A stretch of DNA of 63,877 bases, counting the filler, from Octopus bimaculoides (Eukaryota), in NCBI RefSeq assembly GCF_001194135.2. It is 9 parts of 9 records of this genome, joined end to end, with 100 filler letters (N's around TTAATTAATTAA, not from the genome) between each part and the next. Parts side by side here need not be neighbours in the genome. Positions count along the whole stretch, not along the records: positions 26,072 to 33,411 come from NC_068990.1; positions 33,512 to 38,282 come from NC_069000.1; positions 38,383 to 55,265 come from NC_068999.1; 6 more parts are not named here. The stretch is one strand, 5' to 3'. The stretch's first letter is position 1; each line of letters begins with the position of its first letter. Both the position numbers and the translations under genes were made by a program. Below are positions 27,045 through 39,152 of the stretch, piece after piece. The notes beneath the pieces are model-generated. The model did not search any database. It had not been told where the DNA came from and worked only from the letters and a program-made list of their open reading frames with translations.

Positions 27045-27354
27045 AAATAATTATATATAAAGGGCATTAACTGTGTAGTAATGCCTCAAGAAGCCATCGT
27101 GCTGTGATGGCTACATCGTGGTAGGTTGATTCTTGGTAGGTTGAATACAGGTTACTTCACAGTTTTTTCTGTATTTGATTGAGAAACCAGTGGTCTACCG
27201 TTGAGTTAAATGTTTTTAAGAGATAAATTTTGAAAGCTGCATTCCCTCGCTTTCAGTAAATATGTTGCTTACTTTTTGGTAGTTTTTGACTTATTTAGTC
27301 CCTCGAAGCGTGAGGCATTACTACACAGTTAATGCCCTTTATATATAATTATTT
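27045..27354. mobile_element. MITE with perfect 44-bp terminal inverted repeats
   Basis: 27045-27088 aaataattatatataaagggcattaactgtgtagtaatgcctca is the exact reverse complement of 27311-27354. Confidence 0.85.
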
Positions 27355-27419
27355 CTTTATGTATGTATACACTCATACACCATATATANNNNNNNNNNAT
27401 ATTATATAAATAATTATAA

Positions 27420-27635
27420 AAACCGTAAAAGGCCAACACATTGTTTCGACTTAATATATATGTTTTTTCTGATATGCATAATCACAGTTCCATTATATAT
27501 AAGTCACTCCAGGTTCCTGGGTCCAGAAACACGAAATCCCGTCTGAAAGGACGGCCGGATTTTAAAAATTGTTTCAAATGTCTGTGTTATGAGCGTGAGC
27601 GTTGATTATTCAATCTTACATCAATTACAATTAAA
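27420..27635 (-). mobile_element. PLE-like terminal repeat with degenerate hammerhead (paralog at 44350-44610)
   Basis: Minus strand: CTGGAG-T-GACTTA...TAAGTC-GAAA-CAATGTG-TT-GG; flanks align with the 44.4 kb copy (gaaaggacggc.ggatt, ttatgagcgtgagcgtt). Confidence 0.6.
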
Positions 27636-28265
27636 AAACAACAAAAACACTTTAACGGACGATACAATCAACTAAGTGCAATTTACTTCATTTTATCTCA
27701 GACATATACCAATTGAAACCCTTTGATGTCCAAGACAGTCTCTTGTCATCACAATATACAATAACAATACGTGTTTATAAATCTATATAATTAAGTATCT
27801 AAGTCTTCTCCTACGTGTAACTTCAACAAAAAATATATAAACAATTACATCTTCAATACAACAACTCTTTTATCTATTTAAATTAGTTGGTATAATAAAA
27901 TTTATTGTTTAAATTAACTAATAATAATCTTCTATATTTATTATATTCTCGGCGGGTTAATTCTGTAATTATTACTAAAATGGACTTAAGACTGTAAATG
28001 CGATAACCAAAATACCTCATCTATATATAAATATATTTTAGGCTATAACAATGGAAATCAAATTTACTAATTTTTTAGGGTAAGCAGATTTTGAAGTTAC
28101 TTAAAAAATGATTGTTATTCGCACACCATGGAAGAGAGAATTTAGTGAGTCGACAGGAATCAGCAATACAAACCAAACAAGCACAGATCCTGATGAAGGA
28201 TTTCTTTTCCTCAGTTTGTTACTTATATATATATGTATGTATACTTACATATAAGAGACAAAGTA

Positions 28266-28299
28266 TACGTACGCCGCTATATATATAGCGGCGTACGTA
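28266..28299. repeat. Perfect 34-bp palindrome
   Basis: tacgtacgccgc-tatatatata-gcggcgtacgta. Confidence 0.95.
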
Positions 28300-29922
28300 C
28301 ATTTTGTCTCTCATATGTAAGTATACATTTTTCTAAATCTTGTACGACTATTTCTGTCTGTCAGCCCTTTCACCCTTATTCGTTCATTCCACTCTTCGTT
28401 CTTTCGTTCCCCCCTCTCACATTGCCTTGCTTTCTCTTCTTGCTCACTTTCCCTCCACTTTTCACTTCACTGTGTCCCTGTCATTTTTCTTGCCCCTCCT
28501 TTATTCTTTTGTCCCTCTGCCTCTACCTCTCTCTCTTCTCTTTCTACGTAACCGGCGTTCGGCCAAGCCTGACCTTTCTTTCTTGGCCGGCCGTTGTGCG
28601 TGCTGCATCGATATTCCTCCCTGTGCCTGTGAAATGTTGTATCCCTGCCGTGAGGATTTATTTCCACACACGCCAGCTTAATTTAATTTGTCCTTAGTCG
28701 AAAGACACTTGTTGCTATGCCCTGTTATTATCTTTATTGTATTTGTGTGACATCATTCGTTTTTTTCCCCGCCCTTGTTTTTTCTTTCCGTCCTTGTTTT
28801 TGTATACATTCGCTGCTTTCTTCCAAGGAATCTAATGCTATTAACTTAGTTTTTCCTTGAGGCTGGCCAGATTGGAGCAATATCGAGTATAACGAGCCAA
28901 AATTGCAAAGATAATCTGAATTTCTACTGATGAAAGAAAAGTCCAAATGACCTGTCCTTGTTTTCTTTGTATCGTCTATCTGGATGTTTTGCGTTCTTGT
29001 CCCATGTTGTATTATTTATATATGTATATATATANNNNNNNNNNNNNNNNNNNNNNNNNNNNNNNNNNNNNNNNNNNNNNNNNNNNNNNNNNNNNNNNNN
29101 NNNNNNNNNNNNNNNNNNNNNNNNNNNNNNNNNNNNNNNNNNNNNNNNNNNNNNNNNNNNNNNNNNNNNNNNNNNNNNNNNNNNNNNNNNNNNNNNNNNN
29201 NNNNNNNNNNNNNNNNNNNNNNNNNNNNNNNNNNNNNNNNNNNNNNNNNNNNNNNNNNNNNNNNNNNNNNNNNNNNNNNNNNNNNNNNNNNNNNNNNNNN
29301 NNNNNNNNNNNNNNNNNNNNNNNNNNNNNNNNNNNNNNNNNNNNNNNNNNNNNNNNNNNNNNNNNNNNNNNNNNNNNNNNNNNNNNNNNNNNNNNNNNNN
29401 NNNNNNNNNNNNNNNNNNNNNNNNNNNNNNNNNNNNNNNNNNNNNNNNNNNNNNNNNNNNNNNNNNNNNNNNNNNNNNNNNNNNNNNNNNNNNNNNNNNN
29501 NNNNNNNNNNNNNNNNNNNNNNNNNNNNNNNNNNNNNNNNNNNNNNNNNNNNNNNNNNNNNNNNNNNNNNNNNNNNNNNNNNNNNNNNNNNNNNNNNNNN
29601 NNNNNNNNNNNNNNNNNNNNNNNNNNNNNNNNNNNNNNNNNNNNNNNNNNNNNNNNNNNNNNNNNNNNNNNNNNNNNNNNNNNNNNNNNNNNNNNNNNNN
29701 NNNNNNNNNNNNNNNNNNNNNNNNNNNNNNNNNNNNNNNNNNNNNNNNNNNNNNNNNNNNNNNNNNNNNNNNNNNNNNNNNNNNNNNNNNNNNNNNNNNN
29801 NNNNNNNNNNNNNNNNNNNNNNNNNNNNNNNNNNNNNNNNNNNNNNNNNNNNNNNNNNNNNNNNNNNNNNNNNNNNNNNNNNNNNNNNNNNNNNNNNNNN
29901 NNNNNNNNNNNNNNNNNNNNNN

Positions 29923-29976
<54 letters not shown>

Positions 29977-30323
29977 GCGAGAGATCCATAGTACCGGTCA
30001 AAGTTGAACGGCAACCGCATTTGGTCATCATGTTCACTAGTGACTACACACTCTCTCTCACACACACACATACATATGTGCATATTCTTTTATTCTTTTA
30101 CATGTTTCAGTCATTTGACTGCGACCATGCTTTATATGTGTGTATAATATGTACATACATACTTACATATATATTATATAATACATATATGTGCATACAT
30201 ATATATTCAGACACACACACGCGCGCATACACACACACGCGCGCACACACACACACGCGCGCACACACACACTAACACACACACACATATATATTTATGT
30301 GCGTGTGTGTGTGTGAATGTATA

Positions 30324-31085
30324 CAGTAGTGTGCAAAATAACCCGGATAAGTCCCTCATGACTTTTTCATAAGTCGTAATCTGTACCTAAACTAATGACG
30401 TTTTTGTTGTTTTTCGTTCAGAATAATACAGTGGCGACATCAGCCATCTAATCAATTGTGGCTTCGCTCCAGTATTTCCTTCAGTGCTACACCAGAACTT
30501 GTTCTGCGTTCTTGCGTGCGTTCATTATTAGCCTTTAAATTCATGATTGATATCACACCCAGGAAGCGTAAAAGAATTGTAGCTTTTAGAAAAAAAAAGC
30601 TGGTTTTAGTGTCAGACAGATTACTGAAAAAAATGAATGTGGCTAAGTCAACTGTTGGTGAGATTGTGAAAAGACCTGAAGACATTGGCATACAAGCAAC
30701 ACTGCGTCGAGGAAGATGTGGAAAACATCGCAAGACAACACCTTTCGATGATAAGATTTTCATCAGAAATAACGTGAAGGATCCAAGGAAAATCAATAAA
30801 GACCTTCAGAGAGACATGCCTATAGCTGATGTAAATGTTTCGTCTTCAACTGTCCTTGAAGCTTCAAGGAAGCCAGTACCTAGACATTTACTGACTGTTA
30901 TGAAGAGAAAACGTCTACGCTGGGCACGCGATTATGCTGGATGGAAGAAAGAAGGTCGAGGAAAAGTAATATATTCGGATGAATTGCATGGGTACAGGTT
31001 AGTGGTAGTGAGACAGAGCAAAAGTGAGCATTATCGGCCAGGGCAAATTGAAACTGATGAATCCCTGTTAAGGAATAAATAAAAA
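30324..31085 (+). pseudogene. Tc1-family transposon 5' half (TIR + HTH region up to the first catalytic D), truncated
   Basis: TA-CAGTAGTGTGCAAAAT terminus; ORF 30456-31082 with KSTVGEIVKR, GRCGKHRKTT, RLRWARDY and VIYSDE motifs. Confidence 0.85.
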
Positions 31086-31089
31086 TTTA

Positions 31090-33357
31090 CCACACCAAAA
31101 ACAAGAAATACTCATCTAGACTAATACGTTGATATCATTTCCTAATTCCCTCTTAGGCTTAATACTATTGTCAGACCAAATATTACCAGATCAGAGAAAT
31201 CTGTTCTTAAACATCACCAAAACGATAACACGAAAGTAATAAAACAAGTAATAAAGTGAGTAATAAAGTCATAATGGGTGCTAAATATTATCGGGATTTA
31301 GCTGAAGGTCAATTGAAAGACCATGCAACGGCACATCAGTAGCATGAGAGAAGTTGCACCACAGGAACATCAAAGAGTGGAAAAATTCCTCAATGCACAC
31401 ATAGAAATGTGGTGCAATATACACCATCCCAGGAAACGGACTGCACATAATTCCCAAGCATCCAACAATGATGTTCCTACCCTATACGGGTTACGTAAAG
31501 ACCATAAACCCTACGTAAACCTCGTTATGGGGCCCCCAACCCGACCAGTTTGCGGAGCGAATACCTCCAGCAATTATAGTCTATCCTACTTCCTCTCACG
31601 GGTGTTACGAGCACTCATTGAAATGTCCCCAGATATCTGTGAGCACGGAGGCTCTCCTCAGTAGAATCAGTACTTTCAACCACTCCAACGACCTCACAGA
31701 CTGTGTAGTGGGTAGTATGGATGTAATTTCACTCTACCCATCTACAGACATAGATTTTGCTGTGGAAAAATGCATTGAGATTATCTGTGAGAGTGAAGTA
31801 GAGTTCCGTGACGTCAACACGAGGGAACTGGGCCTTCTCCTTAAACTAAGTTATGACAGTAAGTATCTAGACAACCATGATCATAGTAGATTCTACCCCA
31901 CCAGGTCACAGAGAAGAAGACCACACACCATCACCTCAGCAGTGAAGAAAAGCACCGCAGAACGCTGGGGTGGCAGGATCATACCCATCCAAGACCTTGA
32001 GAACAACAATCAGATGAATAGAATGATTGTACATGCAATTGGGGATAGCATAAGAACCACCTTGAAGAACCACATAGTAAAGTTTTAACAGGAAATTATA
32101 CATGTAGATTCAAGGTGCAGCCATTGGTGTCGGTGTAGCTGGAGATGTGGCCGGCCTCTTTATGACCTGGTGGGACAGAAAACTTAAACAATACTTAGCA
32201 GAACAGTCCAAAACTCCTTTACTTTACTGTAGACGACATTAATATTCTAGTTAAGACCAACTCTAGTAACGGTAATGCAGAGACCAGGAGGAACGTAATG
32301 GAGAGCATCCAGCATGTAGCTAACTCTATCCACCAAAGTATCGAGGTAACTATAGATTACCCCACTAGGCACCCTAACAATAGCCTCCCCGTCCCTGATA
32401 CTCAACTTTGGCTAGAGACTGTGAACAACTGAATGCAGCTCATCCACTCCTATTGCATGAGGCCCTTAGCTTCGAAATACGCTATTCACACAACATAAAA
32501 ATCAACATATTGATAGCAGACTTAGGATAATGAACAACGTGTCCCCACTATGCAAACTCTATGAAACAAAGAAACATGTACGGAACTTCATGCGAGAAAC
32601 ATGTACAGAACTTCATGCACCGCATGCATTTCTCTGGATATGATCAGAAAGATAGGGTTCGGGTATACAGGAGTGTTAGAGAGAAGTTATAGATAGCATT
32701 ATAAGTAATGAAACGAGTGGTACCTGCCCTAGATATAAAAGTAAGGACTGCAATAGAATACAAAGAGTTTGTGACAAAGCAAACAGGGTGAACACGTGGC
32801 ACAAGATCGACAAATATCAAGTAGTGATGTTTATAGAGGCCACAGCCCATGGAGAACTAGCACGTAAATTCAGGAGAGCTCTGAAGTAGGCCAAACTCAA
32901 CATTAAGATCGTTGAAAAGCCAAGGAGGTCCATCAGATCACAATTATGTAGGACGTACCACTTTGAGAATACCACATGCACCAATGATAACTGCATGGTA
33001 TGTAGGATAAACCCTCGCGTTAACTGTAGGACTAGAAATGTAGTCTGCAGCATAAGGTGCGTAGAAGTTGAATGTAAAAACATGAACATTACATACATAG
33101 AAAAGACATCTAGGAGCATTGCAGAAAGACTAAATGAACATTCGAGATAATATGGTGACTAAATTCAGTCCTCCATACGCTACCAACATGCCAAAGACAA
33201 ACATGGAAGCAACCTGGGTCAACTTGACATCCACATTTTATCCAAGCACCCGAAGGACCCTACACTAAGACAAATACAGGAGTACGTCCTCATAAATGAA
33301 ACATCCTGAGTACTAAATAGGAAATATACGTAATAGGTAGCCATGCCCCTATACCCA

Positions 33358-33399
<42 letters not shown>

Positions 33400-33410
33400 T
33401 TATATGTATA
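31090..33410 (+). pseudogene. Decayed Penelope-like element (RT + Cys-rich linker + GIY-YIG endonuclease) ending in (TA)n
   Basis: PTLYGLRKDHK..PTRPVCG, SMDVISLYPS, QGAAIG, VDDINI, LPVLDT, C-x3-C-x2-C-x7-C, TYIEKTSR..RLNEH, LRQIQEY; frameshifts and stops. Confidence 0.9.
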
Positions 33411-33541
33411 TNNNNNNNNNNNNNNNNNNNNNNNNNNNNNNNNNNNNNNNNNNNNTTAATTAATTAANNNNNNNNNNNNNNNNNNNNNNNNNNNNNNNNN
33501 NNNNNNNNNNNCGCAGTCAAATGACTGAAACAAATAAAAGA

Positions 33542-33577
<36 letters not shown>

Positions 33578-33579
<2 letters not shown>

Positions 33580-33922
33580 TGAGACCCTTTTCGTTCATGA
33601 ATGACCATGGTATTGCACCTAGAAAGTTACCCTCCGAGGCACAAGCCCGGGCAAGGTTGTTTATGGAAGACCAGCAGTCGCCCATGCATACCGGTCTCCC
33701 CTCTCCACACCACCAGTTTTATCCAAGGGAAAGGCAAAGGCGCCGATACATCTTGACATCTGTGAGGTCGCAACTCATTTCTACAGCTGAGTGATCTGGA
33801 GCAACGTGAAATAAAGTGTCTTGCTCAAGAACACAACACGCAGCCCGAACTCACAACACGAACTCGCAGCCTGAACTCACAGCCTCGCGATCGTAAGCCC
33901 AACGCTCTAACCACTGAGCCAT
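33578..33922 (-). mobile_element. SINE family C (tRNA head, gttcttgagcaagacacttta core)
   Basis: Minus strand catggctcagtggttagagcgtt head; a fragment around the B-box region is triplicated (33849-33890). Confidence 0.85.
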
Positions 33923-33980
33923 GATGTAACTAATATTTGGCATTCATGTAACTAATATTTTAACATTTTGTCTTTCGGTG

Positions 33981-34055
33981 AACCTAGCTAATGAGGGCTA
34001 ACCGAATTTACGATAACAGGCGTATTAGGAGAGTCCGAAACGAGAGTACAAGATT
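33981..34055 (+). ncRNA. Minimal type I hammerhead ribozyme, copy 1 (G5->A core mutation)
   Basis: AACCTAG-CTAATGA-GGGCT...AGTCC-GAAA-CGAGAG-TA-CAAGATT. Confidence 0.65.
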
Positions 34056-34413
34056 ATCCAGCCTAGACTGTCCATCTATCCGGTGTTCTTACTAGAAGTT
34101 AGACGAAAATTGTTTACATTCGTTACCCGCACACATCTTTGTCAATATACATTCAGTAAAGCTTTACATAGCATCACACGGTTAGCGACTGCTATTTCCA
34201 GCAAATATTGGTGCCTTGTTCTACCACTGTTTTCTATTTATTACTCTACCTTTACAGTGCTTTATTTAGCTGGAAAATAATACTATTGTATTGCAATAAT
34301 ATTTACAATTTTTACATAAAACTTTTTCACTGATCTCGGTTCTGTTTACGGCTAGGCGTTCAACCGAATACTGGCATTGATGTAACGAATATTTAAAAAT
34401 TCGACTTTCGGTG

Positions 34414-34488
34414 AATCGAGCTGATGAGGACTAACCGAGTTTACGATAACAAGCGTATTAGGAGAGTCCGAAACTCGAGTACTAGAGT
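34414..34488 (+). ncRNA. Minimal type I hammerhead ribozyme, copy 2 (intact catalytic core)
   Basis: AATCGAG-CTGATGA(34421-27)-GGACT/AGTCC helix II with 32-nt loop-GAAA(34470-73)-palindromic ACTCGAGT helix III-GUA site at 34481-CTAGAGT. Confidence 0.85.
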
Positions 34489-34662
34489 ACCCATTCTAGG
34501 TTGTCCATCTGTTCGGTGTTCTTACTGGCGGTGAAACGAAAACGATATGTGTATGTATGTATGTATGTATGTATGTATATATATATAGAGAGAGAGAGAG
34601 ATAGATAGTTATACATATATATATATATTTATTTATTTATACATACATACATATATACATAC

Positions 34663-34707
<45 letters not shown>

Positions 34708-34939
34708 NNNNNNNNNNNNNNNNNNNNNNNNNNNNNNNNNNNNNNNNNNNNNNNNNNNNNNNNNNNNNNNNNNNNNNNNNNNNNNNNNNNNNNNNNNNNN
34801 NNNNNNNNNNNNNNNNNNNNNNNNNNNNNNNNNNNNNNNNNNNNNNNNNNNNNNNNNNNNNNNNNNNNNNNNNNNNNNNNNNNNNNNNNNNNNNNNNNNN
34901 NNNNNNNNNNNNNNNNNNNNNNNNNNNNNNNNNNNNNNN

Positions 34940-35044
34940 ATATATTAGGGACAAAATCCAAAATTACAGGTAAAACTCAATTAAAATCAATTTATAAAAA
35001 ATTAAAATTAAATTGAGCTTTATAGATAAAATATATAGTTTTAG
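34940..35044 (-). mobile_element. (TA)n-abutting dispersed repeat (paralog at 59159-59345), probable PLE terminus
   Basis: atattagggacaaaatccaaa.ttacaggtaaaa.ctcaattaaaatcaattta...tatatagttttag is present at both loci. Confidence 0.7.
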
Positions 35045-35529
35045 AACACATTCACTTTTGATGATTCCTTCTCATGCTCAACTGTGGCACGGGGATTTTA
35101 TTCGCTCCAAATGCAAACATTATGCTTATTGACTATATATATATTATATATATATATATGTGATTGCTCCATCTTTCCATTCAATACGCACATCATACAC
35201 CAACACACACCACAATCCCTTTGTTGATGAGCCCTCAGATGACTTTTAAGACTAGTTGCTGGCTGACAGGGTTTACAACACAAGAGACAGATGTTATTCA
35301 AATTCCTTCAAAAACTTTGCCCTTTAGAATCTGATTCTGAAGGAATGTTTTTGTGAATTAGTATATATTTTTTAGTCTAGATTATTGTCTTACAAATTTT
35401 GTGACATATGGCACAAGTTATAAGAAGCAGTTCTAGATTAGTACCTGCTCGGGCATTTCGATTTTCATATGACTTCATATGGTTCACGTATCCTGGTTTT
35501 GACAGCAGAACACGATGGTGCACAATATA

Positions 35530-36345
35530 CAGGGTGTTTAAAAAAATTTGATATCATTTGAGATATAAATATCACAGAAACTACATAGTCAAAGCGAATG
35601 AAACTAAACAGGCTTCATGTTGAGCAACATAAGATTTATTCCTCCAAATTTGAATGAGAAATTCAAAGGTATATGGATTCTATGAACGAAAAGAAAAACG
35701 GGCCATGAAGATGCTTCTTGGAGATGGTGCAGAACACATTCACTTTTGGTGATTCCTTCTCATGCTCAACTGTGGCACGGGGATTTTATTCGCTCCAAAT
35801 GCAAACATTATGCTTATTGACTTTGCCATTTGTATGAAATGGGGCCTCATCACTGAAAACAAGACGTTCTTTGAACTCGGCTTCTTCAAGTTTCAGAATT
35901 GCTTGCACTTTCGCTTGTCATCTGTCATTATGGCCTGAACGAGCTGCAGCCTGTAGGATTTCATTAGCAAGCGTTTCCTCAGGACGTGCCAAACTGTCGT
36001 TAGAAGAATCTGGACTTCTTGAGGCTTCACAAGAGTTTTTGGCAAACCCACTCGACCATCTCTTTCGATGTTAGTGGTCGTCCAGATCCTGTTGCCCTGC
36101 ACAGACAGCCTTCCTCTTTGAATTTTTTGTGCCATGTCCAAATCTGCATTGCCGTTGGTGACTTTTTAGAGAACACTCTCACAAATGCACGCAACACAAC
36201 CTTGTTCAACTGTGTTTCAGCATACTCCAACACACAAAACGCCTTTTCTCTTCCAGTGAATGCTATTTCTATACCTGAAAAGATAAACATATCAAACATT
36301 AAACATAACATTTTGACCTGTTTCTACATATGCTGTTAAAATTTG
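35530..36345 (-). pseudogene. Tc1/mariner-superfamily transposon relic (rosa/Visitor-like), C-terminus deleted
   Basis: EKAFCVLEYA, GCLCRATGSGRP, TVWHVLRKRLLMKSYRLQLVQA, FSDEAPFH..GKVNKHNVCIW, SPKVNVFC; TA-CAGGGTG terminus at 35530. Confidence 0.85.
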
Positions 36346-36505
36346 AAGTAATTTGAGCTACAACTGGCAAAGTTATGTATGTATGTATGTATGTATGTAT
36401 GTATGTATGTATGTATGTATTCTCAGTAATTACTCAGGGTAAGCAGTTGGTGACCTCTGTGTGTGTTTGTGTATACAGATATGTAAATGCATGCATCTGT
36501 GTATG

Positions 36506-36569
<64 letters not shown>

Positions 36570-37070
36570 NNNNNNNNNNNNNNNNNNNNNNNNNNNNNNN
36601 NNNNNNNNNNNNNNNNNNNNNNNNNNNNNNNNNNNNNNNNNNNNNNNNNNNNNNNNNNNNNNNNNNNNNNNNNNNNNNNNNNNNNNNNNNNNNNNNNNNN
36701 NNNNNNNNNNNNNNNNNNNNNNNNNNNNNNNNNNNNNNNNNNNNNNNNNNNNNNNNNNNNNNNNNNNNNNNNNNNNNNNNNNNNNNNNNNNNNNNNNNNN
36801 NNNNNNNNNNNNNNNNNNNNNNNNNNNNNNNNNNNNNNNNNNNNNNNNNNNNNNNNNNNNNNNNNNNNNNNNNNNNNNNNNNNNNNNNNNNNNNNNNNNN
36901 NNNNNNNNNNNNNNNNNNNNNNNNNNNNNNNNNNNNNNNNNNNNNNNNNNNNNNNNNNNNNNNNNNNNNNNNNNNNNNNNNNNNNNNNNNNNNATCTATC
37001 TATGTATATATATATGTAAATAAAAATTCATGCACATATATATATACATACATACACATATATACATACG

Positions 37071-37141
<71 letters not shown>

Positions 37142-37161
37142 ATATAATATAATATAATATA

Positions 37162-37198
<37 letters not shown>

Positions 37199-37643
37199 TA
37201 TGTATATCCATATATAAGCACACACACATATATATATACATGCATTTATATGCATAAATATATGTATTACATACACATATATATCTATGTGTATGTATAC
37301 ACATACATACGTGCATACGTACATACATATACACACGCGCACACAAGCACATATATCTCATTGATGAATATTTGAAACAGAACCGATGGGAAGCGACAGA
37401 GTGAAGTTTCGGTTTTGAACACATCGAATATATCGATAAAGTCCACTAGGATAATGCAGCATACATGTAAGCATATATATGGCACTCACATCTGGTGTGA
37501 ACTACAATATATTATCTGGTCAGAACATAGTCCATGGACGAGTGAAAATTTCCACTATCTCAAGACTTGGGATAAATTTGCACTCAAAAGATTGCTTTCC
37601 TTCGAAGATCGCTTAAGAATTCAGTATAATGTACTGAATTATA

Positions 37644-37866
37644 GGAGCATGCGTAGTTGTGTGGTAAGACGCTTCCTTCCCAACCACATGCTTCCGGGTT
37701 CAGTCCCACTGCGTAACATATTGGGAATGTGTCTTCTACTATAGCCTCGGGCTGACCAAAGCCTTGTAAGTGGGTTTCGTAGATGGAAACTGAAAGAGGC
37801 CTGTTGTACACACACATACACACACACACACACACACACATACACATATATATATACACACACAAG

Positions 37867-37910
<44 letters not shown>

Positions 37911-38136
37911 CATGTCTATTTTATGTGTGTGTCTTTGTATCCGTGTTTCTTTCCCCCTTCTCCAGCGCTTGATAACCGATGTTGATGTGTTTACGTCCCT
38001 GTAACCTGGCGGTTCGGCAAAGGGACTGTTAGAATGAGTACTAGGCTTTCAAAGAGTATGTCCTGGTGTCGATTTCTTCGACTAAAAGGCGGTGCTCCAG
38101 CATGGCCGCAGTCAAATGATTGAAACTAGTAAACGA

Positions 38137-38140
<4 letters not shown>
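37644..38140 (+). mobile_element. Full-length SINE family B with internal (CA)n
   Basis: Head, CORE-like middle and tail all match other B copies. Confidence 0.88.
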
Positions 38141-38182
<42 letters not shown>

Positions 38183-39019
38183 ATATAGACATCCGTACAC
38201 ACATTTATATACATATACATATACAGATATATATATACATATTCATATATATGCATATGCACACACACACACACACACACACNNNNNNNNNNNNNNNNNN
38301 NNNNNNNNNNNNNNNNNNNNNNNNNNTTAATTAATTAANNNNNNNNNNNNNNNNNNNNNNNNNNNNNNNNNNNNNNNNNNNNGAGAGAGAGAGAGTGAGA
38401 GAGAGAGAGTGAGAGAGAGAGAGTGAGAGAGAGAGAGTGAGAGAGAGAGAGTGAGAGAGAGAGAGTTTCAGTACTTAGACATTCGTAACGTGACTACATT
38501 TTAATAGCAAAGTTTCATAGACAAATGATGCCGCAGCCATTTAATACTGAACACGTGACCGGAAGATAGCATGCAGATGAAACGATCACACACAGACACG
38601 CACACACGGGAATAAATAGTTACACTTTAAGAAAGTAACTGCAATCGTGCGGAGAGATATAGCAAAACTACTTGATTCTGTTTCTTCCAAAAATATTGCC
38701 GAAATCAATTGGTGATTTCGTATATGTGTGTCTGATGCATAGAGAAGAAAAGAAATCGACCAAAGTAAAGAGAAGTGAAGTGGTTTTAATCGAGAATCGA
38801 ACCTGTTAAAAATATTAAAAAAGTACAATCATTTCACCGATTTTTTCTTCCAATTCAGTCGCGTGTATTCGTCTGTATTAACAGACTAATTGATCGGTTG
38901 ATTCCACTTTTTCTTGGAAACCACATTTGGTCAACTTCAAGTTGATGCTGTTGTTTAAGCCTAAAAGGCTGTGATGGGGCAAAGTAATTAGTGCGCCAAC
39001 AAAATGCATAGTGATATTT

Positions 39020-39152
39020 CGTTTGTCTTGACTTTACCTTTCATGCTTTCGGAGTCGATGAAATAAATGCAAATTCTACACTGGGGTCAATGTAATTAAC
39101 AAGCCCCCACCCCTAAGATCTCAGTCTTTGGGTCTATGGTAGAAAGGATTAT
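39020..39152 (+). mobile_element. SINE A-type 3' fragment with alternative tail
   Basis: gactttacctttcatgctttcggagtcgatgaaataa...ctatggtagaaaggattatt. Confidence 0.65.
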
